Positions 1 to 10,518 are shown, counted from the first letter of the stretch. The stretch is 64,000 nt of DNA from Gemmatimonadota bacterium (GCA_034521595.1 JAXHMG010000003.1:2944001-3008000); one strand, 5' to 3'. Program-made: numbers and translations. The notes: generated by a model from the letters alone, not told the origin.

Positions 1-798
1 GCGCACGGCCGAGGCCAGGGCCTTTTTCTCGACCGTCGCGACCTTGTCGTTGTCCTTCGGGATGACCTGCTCGTAATTCGGGTACGTTCCCTCGATAAGA
101 CGCGTATAGATCTCGGTCTTCTCGCCCTGAAACCCGAGGTGGTTTCCACTGCGCGCCACCGTCAGCGTGTCGTCGTCTTTGAACAAGCGCTGCACTTGCT
201 GTAGCGCTCCGGGCGGCACGATGAAGTCCGCCGACGTCGTTCCCGTGTCCTCGACGGAGACGCTCATCCGAGCCAACCGGTGCCCGTTCGTCGCCACCAT
301 CCGCATCTCCCCGGCGCGGAGCTCCCAGAGCACACCATTCAGAATCGGGCGACTCTCTTCAGTCGACACGGCGAACGAGGTGTGGTGGATGAGGCGGCTC
401 AGATCGCTTCCCGTCACGGACAGGCCGGTCGAGAAATCGACTTCGGCCAGCTTCGGGAACTCCTCGGCCGGAAGGCCGTTCAGCTTGAAGCGGCTATGAC
501 CACAGTGAAGCTCGATCTGATCTCCCCGCGTCGAAACCTCCACCGACTGGTCCGGTAGCTCGCGTGTGATCTCCTGGAGCTTCTTACCGGGTGCCGTGAG
601 GCTTCCTTCCTCCTTCACGTCGGCGGGCACACGAACACGGACGGCGACATCGAGGTCCGTTCCGCTCATCCACACGCCTTCCGCATCGGCTTCGAAGAGG
701 ATGTTCGAAAGCACGGGCAAGGTCGTCTTTGACGGAATGCTTGCCGAAACCGCAGCAAGGCCATTGTGAAGATTTTGCCTGGTGATCGTGAAGTTCAT
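1..798 (-). CDS. dnaN: DNA polymerase III beta sliding clamp (partial, runs off window start)
   Basis: Manual translation from ATG at 798: MNFTITRQNLHNGLAAVSASIPSKTTLPVLSNILFEA...; later MVATNGHRL and GTYPNYEQVIP motifs; AGGAG RBS; lies downstream of dnaA. Confidence 0.97.
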   Translation of the reverse strand, partial: MNFTITRQNLHNGLAAVSASIPSKTTLPVLSNILFEADAEGVWMSGTDLDVAVRVRVPADVKEEGSLTAPGKKLQEITRELPDQSVEVSTRGDQIELHCGHSRFKLNGLPAEEFPKLAEVDFSTGLSVTGSDLSRLIHHTSFAVSTEESRPILNGVLWELRAGEMRMVATNGHRLARMSVSVEDTGTTSADFIVPPGALQQVQRLFKDDDTLTVARSGNHLGFQGEKTEIYTRLIEGTYPNYEQVIPKDNDKVATVEKKALASAVR

Positions 799-859
799 CG
801 AATCGTGGCTCCTGGCATATGGGTCGCCGGGATGGTGGAACACGGCTGGAGAGGGCGAA

Positions 860-1097
860 TCATCCACAGACCCTGGATACTATGTCTGTTCTCTTCATAA
901 AAACATAGTCGTAGTAGATGATGTGGATCTGTGGACGTTGGAGGTCGCTGAAGGTCGATCAGGCAATGATCACGAGGACCCGACGCTACTCGGGTAGGTC
1001 GGGAAAAGTCGGGGATAACTCGATGATCCCCACGATGGGGTCCTGGCCCGATGGGGAACAATGTGAAGAACGGACCTCATATCCACAGATCTCCACA
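860..1097. other. oriC: Replication origin oriC (dnaA-dnaN intergenic) with DnaA boxes, DnaA-trios and AT-rich tract
   Basis: DnaA-box variants TCATCCACA 860-868, TGTGGATCT 922-930, TGTGGACGT 930-938, CGGGGATAA 1010-1018, TGTGAAGAA 1062-1070, ATATCCACA 1079-1087; TAG-TCG-TAG-TAG at 906-917; AT-rich ~880-905. Confidence 0.85.
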
Positions 1098-1104
1098 CCG
1101 TTGT

Positions 1105-2517
1105 TCAGACTCCATGGCCGCTGCTTTCAGTGACCTCGCGGCGGGTGGACTCGACGTCTTTGCGGAAGGTCTCGTCGCGTTCCATCCGCTCCTCGACTTT
1201 CCGGATGGAATGGATGACGGTGGAGTGGTCGCGTCCCCCGAAGAGCTCGCCGATGCGGACCAGGGACATCCCGAGCAACTCTTTGATGAGGTACATCGCG
1301 ACCTGCCGAGGTACCGTGAGGTCTTTGGTGCGGCGCTTGGAAGCCAATGCGTCGGTGCGCACATGCCAGCGTCGGGCCACGGCATTCCGGATCGTCTCGG
1401 GGGCGTATGCCGGTTCGGATGCATCGGAGCGACCGAGCACGCCGCGCAGCGCGGTTCGAGCCAAGTCGAGCGTGATTTCCTGGTGGGTGAGGGAGGAGTA
1501 CGCGAGGAGCTTGATCACGGCACCTTCGAGCTCCCGGACGGACGAAGTACAGGAGGAAGCGATGAACTCGATGATCTCGTCGTCCATCGAGAGCCCGTCG
1601 TCGTCCGCTTTCTTCCGGAGAATCGCGATGCGGGTCTCGAAATCGGGGGGACGGAGATCCACGACCAGTCCCCATTCGAAGCGGGACACCAGGCGTTCCT
1701 CGAGCCGAGCCATCTCCTTCGGGGGACGGTCGCTGGTGAGGACGATCTGGCGCCGGGCATCGTAGAGGGCATTGAAGGTGTGGAAGAACTCTTCCTGGGT
1801 GCTCTCCTTCCCCTCGAGAAAATGGACATCGTCGACCAGGAGGAGATCCATGTCCCGGTATCGGCGCCGGAACTGCGATGTCCGTCCTTCCCGAATCGAG
1901 GCGACGAGCTCGTTCGTGAACTTCTCGGAAGAGATGTAGGCGATGCGGCTCTCGGGGTTCTGCTCCAGGAGGTGGTTCCCGATCGCGTGCATGAGGTGCG
2001 TCTTACCCAGGCCGACGCCACCGTAGAGAAAGAGCGGGTTGTACATCCGAGCGGGGGTGTCGGCGACGGCTCTGCACGCGGCCGCGGCGAGCTGATTGTT
2101 CGCTCCGACCACGAAACGATCGAACGTGTAGCGCTCGTTGAGGGGTGGGCGGGGAACGGCGGGTCGTGATGTGTCGCCGGCGGGTGCCTGGTTCGGTGCG
2201 GGAGCGGGCTGGTCGTGGCTGGATGCGGGAAGCTCGACCGAGGGGATGCTCAGCGGATCGGGTCGCGCGGCGGCACGGACGGAAACCTTCAGGGGGCGTC
2301 CGAGGACCTGTTCCGCGGCCGAATCGAGGATATGGCCGAATTTGTCCTCGAGCCATTCGACGTGGAACGGGTTCTGAGCTTCGATGATGAGCTCGTCCGC
2401 GGTCGTGGCGACCGCGGTAGCGCTGGCAATCCAGGTCTTGAAGCTGTGCTCGGGCACGGAGGCGCGCGCCACCTCCTGGATCTTTAGCCACAACTCGGGG
2501 GCGGTGAGCTCCATCAT
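1105..2517 (-). CDS. dnaA: Chromosomal replication initiator DnaA
   Basis: YNPLFLYGGVGLGKTHL Walker A, LLLVDDV Walker B, GGRDHSTVIHS DNA-binding signature. Confidence 0.99.
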   Translation of the reverse strand: MMELTAPELWLKIQEVARASVPEHSFKTWIASATAVATTADELIIEAQNPFHVEWLEDKFGHILDSAAEQVLGRPLKVSVRAAARPDPLSIPSVELPASSHDQPAPAPNQAPAGDTSRPAVPRPPLNERYTFDRFVVGANNQLAAAACRAVADTPARMYNPLFLYGGVGLGKTHLMHAIGNHLLEQNPESRIAYISSEKFTNELVASIREGRTSQFRRRYRDMDLLLVDDVHFLEGKESTQEEFFHTFNALYDARRQIVLTSDRPPKEMARLEERLVSRFEWGLVVDLRPPDFETRIAILRKKADDDGLSMDDEIIEFIASSCTSSVRELEGAVIKLLAYSSLTHQEITLDLARTALRGVLGRSDASEPAYAPETIRNAVARRWHVRTDALASKRRTKDLTVPRQVAMYLIKELLGMSLVRIGELFGGRDHSTVIHSIRKVEERMERDETFRKDVESTRREVTESSGHGV

Positions 2518-2684
2518 GACGCTCCCGGGAGGTCCCGGGGTTCGTGCGCACCCCGGGCCTCGGTGCCGATCCGAGGGCTCGAGATGGGGGGCGACGGGAG
2601 CATCAAAGGATGCGTGCTCGGCTTGAACGTGAGGGGCGGGGAAAGGTCTCCCGGTTGGGCCGGGCGCCGAAGCTATTCAGGGGA

Positions 2685-2693
2685 TGTGGAAAA
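2685..2693 (-). promoter_or_regulatory. DnaA box upstream of dnaA (possible autoregulation)
   Basis: TGTGGAAAA = TTTTCCACA on minus strand, in the dnaA-rpmH intergenic region. Confidence 0.6.
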
Positions 2694-2756
2694 GTCAAAG
2701 GGGCGTTTGGAAGCCCCGTGGTGAGGCCGAAGATCGAGTGAATGCCGGCTTCAACG

Positions 2757-2786
2757 TTGACGGTGTTCCGGCTGCTAGCTTATCTT
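2757..2786 (+). promoter_or_regulatory. Putative sigma70 promoter of the rpmH-rnpA operon
   Basis: TTGACG (2757-2762), 18 nt spacer, TATCTT (2781-2786). Confidence 0.55.
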
Positions 2787-2815
2787 TTCAAGCTCGTTTA
2801 GAAACGTGGCAATCC

Positions 2816-3364
2816 ATGGACCGGGCTGGGAGAGATGAAGCCGACATACAAGCCCCGCAACCGCAAGCGGGTCAACAAGCACGGGTTTCGTTCCCGCATG
2901 AAGACCCGGGGAGGCCGCCAGGCGCTCAACCGTCGTCGTCGTCGTGGGCGAGGTCGACTCGTGGTGAAGGTCGGCGGGAAGTAGTCGGCTTACCACCACC
3001 CCGTGGGGAGAGCTTCCCGCGGGAGGCACGTATCGTGCGCAGCCAGGATATACGCGGGCTGCTCGAGCGGGGGAAGCGCAGGAGGACGAAGAATCTTGAC
3101 GTCTTCTTCGCGGCTTCCCCCGCTTCGCGTTCCCGCATGGGGATCGTGGTTCCGAAGCACGGCCACCGGATCGTGGATCGCAATCGCTTGAAACGGAGAT
3201 TGCGGGAAATCGGACGGCGCGAGTTGCTTCCCGAGCTGGACGCCGGGAACGAGGCGATCGATGTGTTGGTGCGGGCCCGGCGGACGGCGTACCGGGCTGG
3301 ATACGAAGACTTGAAGCGAGAGTTGTCCGAGGCGTTGGAGACGATGTGGTCACGAAGCTCCTGA
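2816..3364 (+). CDS. rnpA: Ribonuclease P protein component (start uncertain: ATG 2816 overlapping rpmH, or GTG 3035)
   Basis: FPREARI...RMGIVVPKH...[12 protein letters not shown] (RNR motif); position between rpmH and yidD. Confidence 0.9.
   Translation: MDRAGRDEADIQAPQPQAGQQARVSFPHEDPGRPPGAQPSSSSWARSTRGEGRREVVGLPPPRGESFPREARIVRSQDIRGLLERGKRRRTKNLDVFFAASPASRSRMGIVVPKHGHRIVDRNRLKRRLREIGRRELLPELDAGNEAIDVLVRARRTAYRAGYEDLKRELSEALETMWSRSS
2835..2984 (+). CDS. rpmH: 50S ribosomal protein L34
   Basis: Not in ORF track; manual translation [49 protein letters not shown]. Confidence 0.98.
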   Translation: MKPTYKPRNRKRVNKHGFRSRMKTRGGRQALNRRRRRGRGRLVVKVGGK

Positions 3365-3687
3365 TCGGGTGCGTTCGGTTCTACCGGATGGCGATTTCGC
3401 CGTGGACACCTCCTTCGTGCCGGTACGTGCCCACCTGCTCCGGCTACGCGATCGAGGCGATCGAGGGATACGGCCCGCTCCGCGGCTCGTGGCTCGCGCT
3501 ACGACGCATCGCGCGCTGCCACCCGTGGGGTGGGAAGGGCTACGACCCCGTACCGTTACCGTACAGCGCCCACGACGGTGAAGTGGACGAGCCCGGCGGT
3601 GCCCGCGCAGCGACACAGTTAATCCGAGAGACCGCCCGGCCTGGACCGCAGGCGGACCCCCGTGACACGAGAATGACGACCCGATGA
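3346..3687 (+). CDS. yidD: Membrane protein insertion efficiency factor YidD
   Basis: FYRMAISP...[10 protein letters not shown]...[14 protein letters not shown]. Confidence 0.95.
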   Translation: MVTKLLIGCVRFYRMAISPWTPPSCRYVPTCSGYAIEAIEGYGPLRGSWLALRRIARCHPWGGKGYDPVPLPYSAHDGEVDEPGGARAATQLIRETARPGPQADPRDTRMTTR

Positions 3688-5444
3688 GAACCGAGATCCG
3701 TTTCCTGCTGGCCATCCTGTTGATGCTCGGCGTGCTCATCGGGACCAACTTGCTCTTCCCACCCGTGGTGCCGGAAGAGGAGCGCGAAGGCGTCGAGAAC
3801 GCGACCGACGCCGAGGACCCCGCGTCCGGTGCAGAGCCGGACGGAGGGGCCGCTCCAGCGGATCCGTCCACTGAGGAAGCGGCCGACACCGAGCCGGCCA
3901 TCACGCAACCTGCCGAGGAAGGGGCACCTGCGGCGGAGGCGGAGGGGCAGGCCGCGGCCGAGGGTCCGCCGGAGGAGATCGTGAGGGTGAGGGGGCCGCT
4001 CTTCCGGTACGAGTTCTCGACCCGCGGTGCGCGCATGGTGACGGCCGAGATGTCACAGTTCGAGGCGCTCAATCGGGACGGGCGGGTCGATTTGGTCCCG
4101 GAAGAGGTCGAGGGTTATTTCGGGCAGAAGCTCGTCGTCGGGGAGGACACGCTCGACCTCACGCGAGCGCCGTATCGGGTCGAGCCGAGTGAGGGGCTCG
4201 AGCTCACGGAGGGCGGCGAGCCGGAGACGCTACGGTTCTTCTACGCCCATCCGACGGGCTCGGTGACCCTCGAGCTCGCCTACACGTTCTATCCCGGCCA
4301 GTACCAGGTCGACGTGGAAGGACGCGTGGCGGGTCTCGACCGGCCCTTGCTGTTGACCGACGTGGGCGAAGGACTGGCGTACTCCGAGGCCGATTCGACG
4401 GGCGAAGCTCGGATGATGGCCTACGTCTACAACCACCTCCAGGACGGCATCGAGTCGACCAACCTGGATTCGGGGGAGCCGGGGGTGGTGGAAGGCCCAC
4501 TGCTGTGGACCGCGTTCCGCAGCAAGTTCTTCGTGATGGCGTTGCTCGCCGGCCGGGACGAGGCCACGATCGAAGAGAACGGTGAGTACCTGGGAGGGGT
4601 CCTGGTGAGCGAGAGCACCTTGCCCGACCGGGTCTCCGTGGCGGCGGCTCAGACGGTGCGGAACGGGGAAGTCGCGTACCGGCTCTTCATGGGGCCGCAG
4701 GAGTATGCGCGGCTGTCATCCCTCGGGCAGGGCATGGAGGAGGTCAACCCGTACGGGTGGCGTTTCTTCCGCCCGATCATCCGGCCGTTCGTGTCGATCA
4801 TCATGACGATCCTCGTGTTCTTCCACACGAACCTGGATCTCGGGTACGGCTGGGTGTTGATCCTCTTCGGCGTGCTCATGCGGGTGGTGTTGTTCCCGCT
4901 GAACCACAAGGCCATGAAGGCTCAGCTTCGCAACATGGCCGTGCAGCCGCTGGTGCAGGAGATCCAGACGAAGCACAAGGACAACCCGGAGAAGCTGCAG
5001 AAGGAGATGATGCGGCTCTACAAGGAGCATGGCTTCAACCCGTTCGCCGGTTGTTTGCCCATGCTTCTGCCGTGGCCGGTGTTGATCGCGCTCTTCTTCG
5101 TCTTCCAGAACACGATCGAGCTGCGTGGGGTGGAGTTCCTCTGGCTTCCGGACCTCTCGGCCAAGGATCCGCTCTTCATCCTCCCGGTCATTCTCGCCGG
5201 GTCGATGTTTCTCATGCAGTGGGTGAGCATGAAGTCTTTGGATCAGCCCAATCCGCAGATGAAGATGATGATGTGGATCATGCCGGGCATGATGCTCTTC
5301 ATCTTCCTGAACCTCGCGAGCGGGTTGAACCTCTACTACGCGACGGCGAACCTCGCGACGATCCCCCAGCAGGTCTGGATCGCCAGGGAGCGGCGGAAGA
5401 TCAAGGGGCGAGCACCGCCCACGCTGGACGACGACGGTGAATGA
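3684..5444 (+). CDS. yidC: Membrane protein insertase YidC
   Basis: N-terminal TM, periplasmic domain, [31 protein letters not shown]. Confidence 0.97.
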   Translation: MRTEIRFLLAILLMLGVLIGTNLLFPPVVPEEEREGVENATDAEDPASGAEPDGGAAPADPSTEEAADTEPAITQPAEEGAPAAEAEGQAAAEGPPEEIVRVRGPLFRYEFSTRGARMVTAEMSQFEALNRDGRVDLVPEEVEGYFGQKLVVGEDTLDLTRAPYRVEPSEGLELTEGGEPETLRFFYAHPTGSVTLELAYTFYPGQYQVDVEGRVAGLDRPLLLTDVGEGLAYSEADSTGEARMMAYVYNHLQDGIESTNLDSGEPGVVEGPLLWTAFRSKFFVMALLAGRDEATIEENGEYLGGVLVSESTLPDRVSVAAAQTVRNGEVAYRLFMGPQEYARLSSLGQGMEEVNPYGWRFFRPIIRPFVSIIMTILVFFHTNLDLGYGWVLILFGVLMRVVLFPLNHKAMKAQLRNMAVQPLVQEIQTKHKDNPEKLQKEMMRLYKEHGFNPFAGCLPMLLPWPVLIALFFVFQNTIELRGVEFLWLPDLSAKDPLFILPVILAGSMFLMQWVSMKSLDQPNPQMKMMMWIMPGMMLFIFLNLASGLNLYYATANLATIPQQVWIARERRKIKGRAPPTLDDDGE

Positions 5445-5460
5445 CGTCCGGTAGCAACCC

Positions 5461-6843
5461 ATGGACATCGATACCATCGCCGCGCTGTCCACCGCACCGG
5501 GGTTGGGTGCGATCGCGATCGTGCGGATCTCGGGTCCGGACGCCTTCCGGCTGTTCGAGACATTGGCGCCGGAAGAGGGGGGGGACCGGCCGAAGGCTCG
5601 GGTCGCGACGCTGGTAAAGCTGGTGGACCCCGACGAAGGGAACGTGCTGGACCATGCGTTGGTCACGTGCTTTCCGGGGCCGGACAGCTACACCGGCGAG
5701 GACGTGGTCGAGATCTCGTGCCACGGGGGTACGTTGGTCCCTCAGCTCGTGCTGGACGCGTGTCTGAGGGCCGGCGCGCGGGACGCGGAGCCGGGTGAGT
5801 TCACGCGACGGGCCTATCTGCACGGGCGCATGGACCTGGTGCAGGCCGAGGCCGTAGGGGACGTGATCCACGCCCGAAGCCGGGCGCTGCATCGTGCCGC
5901 GGTGGGACAGCTCGACCGGGGCCTGTCGGAGCGGGTGGGTGCTTTGCGGCGTGCGATGCTGGGGCTGGAAGCACAGCTCGCGCACCACATAGACTTTCCG
6001 GAGGAAGACGACCCCCCGGTGCCGTTGGAGGGCATCCGGGCCGAAGCGGAGGCGCTGGCGGGCCGGCTCGAGCATATGCTCGCGACGGCTCCGGAAGGCG
6101 AGCTGCTGCGGGAAGGGGCGCTGGTGGTGTTGGCCGGGTTGCCGAACGTGGGCAAGTCGTCGCTGTACAATGCGATGTTGGGGCGGGAACGCGCGATCGT
6201 CACGGAACAGCCCGGAACGACGCGAGACGCCCTCGAAGCGGAGATCGAGTTGGGGGGCTTCCCGTTCCGTGTCGTGGACACGGCGGGTCTGAGGGATACC
6301 GAGGAACGGATCGAGCGGCTCGGCATCGAGGTGACGCGGCGGTACCTGGACGGAGCCGATGTGATCCTCCTCTGCGTGGAAGCGGGAGGGGGAATGGGGG
6401 CGAGCGAGAAAGCCTTCCTCGAAGAGCATGCGGAGCGCAACGTGCTCGTGGTGGAGACGAAGGCCGATGCCGCGGCGCCAGGTGACGGGGACATGGGATC
6501 GCAGGCACCCGCATCGGCCGGGCAGGTGCCGATTCGGGTATCCGCGAAGACGGGCGAGGGATTGGACGCTCTTCGGGAAGGGCTGTTAGGGCTCGTCTTC
6601 GGTGGGCTCGTGAGCGCATCTCCGGAGGTGCCGGTGATCACGCGGAGACGGCACGCGCGTGCGCTCGGCGAGGCTCTCGAAGCCGTGCGGGAGTTCGGGA
6701 AGGCGTTGGATGCGGGCGTGCCGCCGGAGATGGCATCGGCGCACCTCCGGTCGGGGGAAAGCGCGCTGGAGGATGTGCTGGGCGTGATCTCGACGGACGA
6801 TGTGCTGGATGTGGTGTTCAGAGACTTCTGTGTGGGGAAATGA
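5461..6843 (+). CDS. mnmE: tRNA modification GTPase MnmE (TrmE)
   Basis: DTIAALST, GLPNVGKSS, PGTTRD, DTAG, C-terminal FCVGK. Confidence 0.98.
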   Translation: MDIDTIAALSTAPGLGAIAIVRISGPDAFRLFETLAPEEGGDRPKARVATLVKLVDPDEGNVLDHALVTCFPGPDSYTGEDVVEISCHGGTLVPQLVLDACLRAGARDAEPGEFTRRAYLHGRMDLVQAEAVGDVIHARSRALHRAAVGQLDRGLSERVGALRRAMLGLEAQLAHHIDFPEEDDPPVPLEGIRAEAEALAGRLEHMLATAPEGELLREGALVVLAGLPNVGKSSLYNAMLGRERAIVTEQPGTTRDALEAEIELGGFPFRVVDTAGLRDTEERIERLGIEVTRRYLDGADVILLCVEAGGGMGASEKAFLEEHAERNVLVVETKADAAAPGDGDMGSQAPASAGQVPIRVSAKTGEGLDALREGLLGLVFGGLVSASPEVPVITRRRHARALGEALEAVREFGKALDAGVPPEMASAHLRSGESALEDVLGVISTDDVLDVVFRDFCVGK

Positions 6844-7154
6844 TGAGCGGCACGGACGAAAGAGTCAGCGCGAAGCGGTTTCGGGTGGAGGGGGCGGTGC
6901 AGGGGGTTGGATTCCGATGGTGGACCAAAAAGATGGCCTCGGAAGGGGGTTTGGTCGGCTGGGTGAGGAACCGAGCGGACGGCTCCGTGGAGGTCAAGGC
7001 TCGGGGCAGGCCCGAGGCGGTGGAGCGGTTCGGCGAGGCGTTGCGCGAAGGACCTCCTCCGGCCCGCGTCGAGGCGGTTTACGAAGAGGACCTCGGTGAC
7101 GGTAACCGAGAGCACGCGGCGGAGTGGACCGACTTCTCGATCGAGCAGGGGTGA
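6840..7154 (+). CDS. acyP: Acylphosphatase
   Basis: [11 protein letters not shown] and [12 protein letters not shown] signatures. Confidence 0.93.
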   Translation: MMSGTDERVSAKRFRVEGAVQGVGFRWWTKKMASEGGLVGWVRNRADGSVEVKARGRPEAVERFGEALREGPPPARVEAVYEEDLGDGNREHAAEWTDFSIEQG

Positions 7155-7179
7155 GTCGGCTCACGTCCGAGGAGCGATT

Positions 7180-9060
7180 ATGCGCACGGAATATGATGTG
7201 ATCGTGATCGGCGGGGGACACGCCGGCACGGAAGCCGCGGCGGCAGCCGCGCGTTGTGGAGTGAGCACGTTGTTGGTCTCACCCGATCTGGCGCGCCTGG
7301 GTCAAATGAGCTGCAATCCGGCGATCGGTGGGGTGGCCAAGGGCGTGGTCGCTCGGGAGGTCGACGCGCTCGGTGGGGTCATGGGCCGCGCCACGGACGC
7401 ATCGAGGATGCAATTCCGCATGCTGAACCGCTCGAAGGGGCCGGCAGTATGGGGTCCGCGGGCCCAGTGCGACCGGCAGCGCTATCCGGTGGCCGTCCGC
7501 GCGGCGTTGGAGGAGTTGCCGGAGCTGGATCTCTTCGAGGAGATGGTGAACGACCTCCTCGCCGAGGACGGTCGCGTGGTCGGGATCCGAACGCGGGGTG
7601 GCTTGGAGTTTCGAGCGGAGACCGTCGTGGTCACGACCGGCACGTTCCTCCGCGGGAGGATCCACGTCGGTGGGAACGACGGCGTCGAGGCGGGGCGGGC
7701 CGGCGAAGGGCCGTCGGTCGAGCTCGCGGAAGGGTTGGAAGGACTCGGGCTGAGCGTCGCGCGGTTCAAGACCGGGACGCCGCCGCGTGTGGATGGACGC
7801 ACCGTGGATCTGAGCCGGCTGGAGCGGCAGGAGGGGGAACGGGGGGACTACCGGTTCTCCGCCTACACTCGTGAGTCTATTCCCGAGCAACGGCCGTGCT
7901 GGATCACCTGGGCCGATGAGGGACTGAAGCGGGTCGTGGCGGACAATCTGGAGCGGAGCGCGCTGTACGGGGGCGAGCTCGCGGGCCGCGGGCCGCGGTA
8001 CTGTCCGTCCATCGAGGACAAGGTGGTGCGGTTCCCTGATGCCCGCAGGCACCAGGTGTTCTTGGAACCGGAGGGGTTGGCCACACGGGAGCTCTATGTG
8101 AACGGCCTGTCGACTTCTCTACCCGCGGATGTTCAGCTCGCTTTTCTGCGCACGGTGCCTGGGCTCGAAGACGCGGTGATGACGAAGGTGGGGTATGCGA
8201 TCGAGTACGACTACTTTCCACCCCACCAACTTCGCCACACCCTCGAACTGAAGCGTGTGCCGGGCCTTTTTTTCGCAGGGCAGATCAACGGGACGACCGG
8301 CTACGAGGAAGCGGCTGGCCAGGGCGTCGTGGCCGGGATCAACGCCGCGCTTCGCGTGCGGGGGGAGGAGCCGTTCGTCCTGGAGCGGGACCAGGCGTAT
8401 ATCGGCGTGCTGATCGACGATCTGGTGACCCGGGGGGTCGACGAGCCGTATCGCCTCTTCACTTCCCGGGCGGAGTTCCGGTTGCTCTTGCGCCAGGACA
8501 ATGCGCCGCGTCGGCTCGGTACGCTGGCCCGAGACCGCGGGTTGTTGACTGGCGGCCAGGAAGAGGCGCTCCAGGAACGGCTGCGTGCGGAGGAACGGGT
8601 CGTCGTGTGGTTTCGCGACACGACCATCACGCCGGATGCGGCGGGGGATGTGCTCGAGGAAGCTGGATCGAACCCACTCCCTGAGCCCACGCGCGCCGTC
8701 GAGCTCCTGAAGCGCCCGCGCGTGAGCGCGAAGGACTTGGTCCGGATTGGTCCGGAGGCCCCGGACGATGTGGAGGCCGACGGCGTGCTCGCGGCGGTCG
8801 AGGTGGAGCTGAAATACGAGGGCTACGTCGCGCGTGAGCGGGAGCGAGCGGAGCGACTCAGGCGGCAGGCCGAGGTGGCGTTGCCGGAGGGTTTGCCGTA
8901 CGACGAAATGCCGAGCTTGTCCTATGAAGCGCGGGAAAAGCTGGCGAAGGTACGGCCCGGTACGTTGGCTCAAGCTGGCCGGATCCCCGGTGTGTCGCCG
9001 GCCGATTTGCAGAATCTGCTGTTGGAAGTGCGGCGAAGAGAGGGGACCGCGCGGGCCTGA
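7180..9060 (+). CDS. mnmG: tRNA uridine 5-carboxymethylaminomethyl modification enzyme MnmG (GidA)
   Basis: [57 protein letters not shown] before ATG 7180. Confidence 0.98.
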   Translation: MRTEYDVIVIGGGHAGTEAAAAAARCGVSTLLVSPDLARLGQMSCNPAIGGVAKGVVAREVDALGGVMGRATDASRMQFRMLNRSKGPAVWGPRAQCDRQRYPVAVRAALEELPELDLFEEMVNDLLAEDGRVVGIRTRGGLEFRAETVVVTTGTFLRGRIHVGGNDGVEAGRAGEGPSVELAEGLEGLGLSVARFKTGTPPRVDGRTVDLSRLERQEGERGDYRFSAYTRESIPEQRPCWITWADEGLKRVVADNLERSALYGGELAGRGPRYCPSIEDKVVRFPDARRHQVFLEPEGLATRELYVNGLSTSLPADVQLAFLRTVPGLEDAVMTKVGYAIEYDYFPPHQLRHTLELKRVPGLFFAGQINGTTGYEEAAGQGVVAGINAALRVRGEEPFVLERDQAYIGVLIDDLVTRGVDEPYRLFTSRAEFRLLLRQDNAPRRLGTLARDRGLLTGGQEEALQERLRAEERVVVWFRDTTITPDAAGDVLEEAGSNPLPEPTRAVELLKRPRVSAKDLVRIGPEAPDDVEADGVLAAVEVELKYEGYVARERERAERLRRQAEVALPEGLPYDEMPSLSYEAREKLAKVRPGTLAQAGRIPGVSPADLQNLLLEVRRREGTARA

Positions 9061-9084
9061 TCCAGGGTCGTGCATGCCCCTAAC

Positions 9085-9100
9085 CGTTTCACGTGAAACG
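9085..9100. promoter_or_regulatory. parS: parS centromere site 1
   Basis: Perfect 16-bp palindrome CGTTTCACGTGAAACG matching the parS consensus TGTTNCACGTGAAACA; near parAB. Confidence 0.92.
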
Positions 9101-9695
9101 GTGCCGGAGGGGCATGGGCGTGAGGGGCGAGCAGTGGGAAGCGGGGTGGCAAGCGGGGTAGCGCCTGGGTGGCGGCGGCCAGTAGCCGCCGCTCGGGGCT
9201 GAGGCGGGAGTCGGGAGAGGGGCTGGCACGGCAACGGTGCGCGTGGGGTCGGTAGCGAGGGTCACCTCCGCGCCGTTGCGACTACCAGCCCTTTCCTCTG
9301 TTGCGGGGGCGCGGTTGGGGCGGCCGGCGTCCCGGATTGCACACAGGACGGCGGTCGTGTGCGGCATGTGGGGATTGGGGCGTGTTGTGTTTCGTTCTTC
9401 GGGCCAGGGCTGACCCGAGGTCGTTGCTGTGCGGCGGGCATAAGTAGGTGGCGTCGGGCGTGGGGAGGTGGGGCGAGAGGCGCGCAGGACCCCGAAGGCG
9501 CCGGGCGAGGCAGGCGGGGTGCGGGTCCGTCAGCGCGAAGGTCGCTCGGGGCTCCCGCGGTGGCGGTGTGGGGTGCGCGTCAGAGCGCGGGGGAGTGGAG
9601 TCGCCGTGGCTGCGTCGGCGGCGGGGTGCCGGAGTCAGGGGCGCTCCGGCTGGTGGTGCGGGCGGCGGGTTGGGGACGGGCTGGAGAGGTGGGGG

Positions 9696-9711
9696 CGTTT
9701 CACGTGAAACA
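9696..9711. promoter_or_regulatory. parS: parS centromere site 2
   Basis: CGTTTCACGTGAAACA. Confidence 0.92.
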
Positions 9712-9775
9712 GGGGGCCGCATCGGGACGAGGGTCGTGCGGTCTATGTCTCGGGTCCAGACGGACAGCCTGGACT

Positions 9776-10270
9776 CTAACCCGACTGCCGTTCCAGAACG
9801 ATGTGGGCCGTCGCTTCCTCGACCGTGCCGTCTCGATTGAAGTCGAACTCGGTCGGGCCGTCGAGGATCACGCGGTCAGGGCCGTCGAACTCGAACGAGG
9901 ATGTCGCTGCCGCGGCGTCCTGGGGGTCGAGGCGCACCGACTCGCCGATCACACTCAACTGGCCGATTTCGACCTGTGGCGTCGGAAGATCCGGGAGCTC
10001 GAGGATCGCGGTGTATTGCCCGCTCGGCTGAACGTTGATGGTGAATGACCCACCCTCGGCGATGAGCTCGAACTCTGATTGCGGAGCTGCTGCGCTGGCT
10101 ACCCGGAACTCCTCGGCTTCCCAATCACCCACGAAGGGTTCCACGGAGGGGTCCGGCGCCACGGGATCAGCGGGATCCCCATCGCCGCAGGCCGCGGCCA
10201 TGGCCACGCACAGGAGCCAGCCCGGACGCGGCATCCGGGCCTTCGAGCGTTTCCTCCGTCGTGCCACCAC
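9776..10270 (-). CDS. Hypothetical lipoprotein (beta-rich, possibly lipocalin-like); start 10270 or 10234
   Basis: Basic N-terminus, hydrophobic stretch, lipobox AAA-C; FVGDW motif; DFNRDG Ca-binding-like motif. Confidence 0.75.
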   Translation of the reverse strand: MVARRRKRSKARMPRPGWLLCVAMAAACGDGDPADPVAPDPSVEPFVGDWEAEEFRVASAAAPQSEFELIAEGGSFTINVQPSGQYTAILELPDLPTPQVEIGQLSVIGESVRLDPQDAAAATSSFEFDGPDRVILDGPTEFDFNRDGTVEEATAHIVLERQSG

Positions 10271-10518
10271 CGTTCGTGACCTCACTCCGGTACTTCGGGG
10301 GTAGGGCGCCGATCTCGGCGCGGTGAGTCGGGGACGCCTCGGGGTCCGGGTGTGGCGGCCCGTGGCGCTCCCGACGCGGGCTACCAGGGCGAACTGCCCG
10401 GCTCGAACGTCGGCGGATTCCACGCTCCGGTCAAGTTATGCCTCGTTTCCGCATTCCGCATGCGCTCCGATCCCCTATATTGGAGACGCCGTGCCTCTAA
10501 CCTCCAGCTTTGGCCTGC

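Noticed and set aside
1051-2169. Long antisense/alternate-frame ORFs throughout (e.g. 1051-2169, 18406-19914, 48359-50068, 58576-60168)
   Set aside because: They shadow well-supported genes and are the expected result of high-GC codon bias; no recognisable motifs
9359-10048. ORFs across the inter-parS region as a possible rsmG or novel gene
   Set aside because: Low-complexity Gly/Arg or Pro-rich translations of G-rich DNA; no methyltransferase motif
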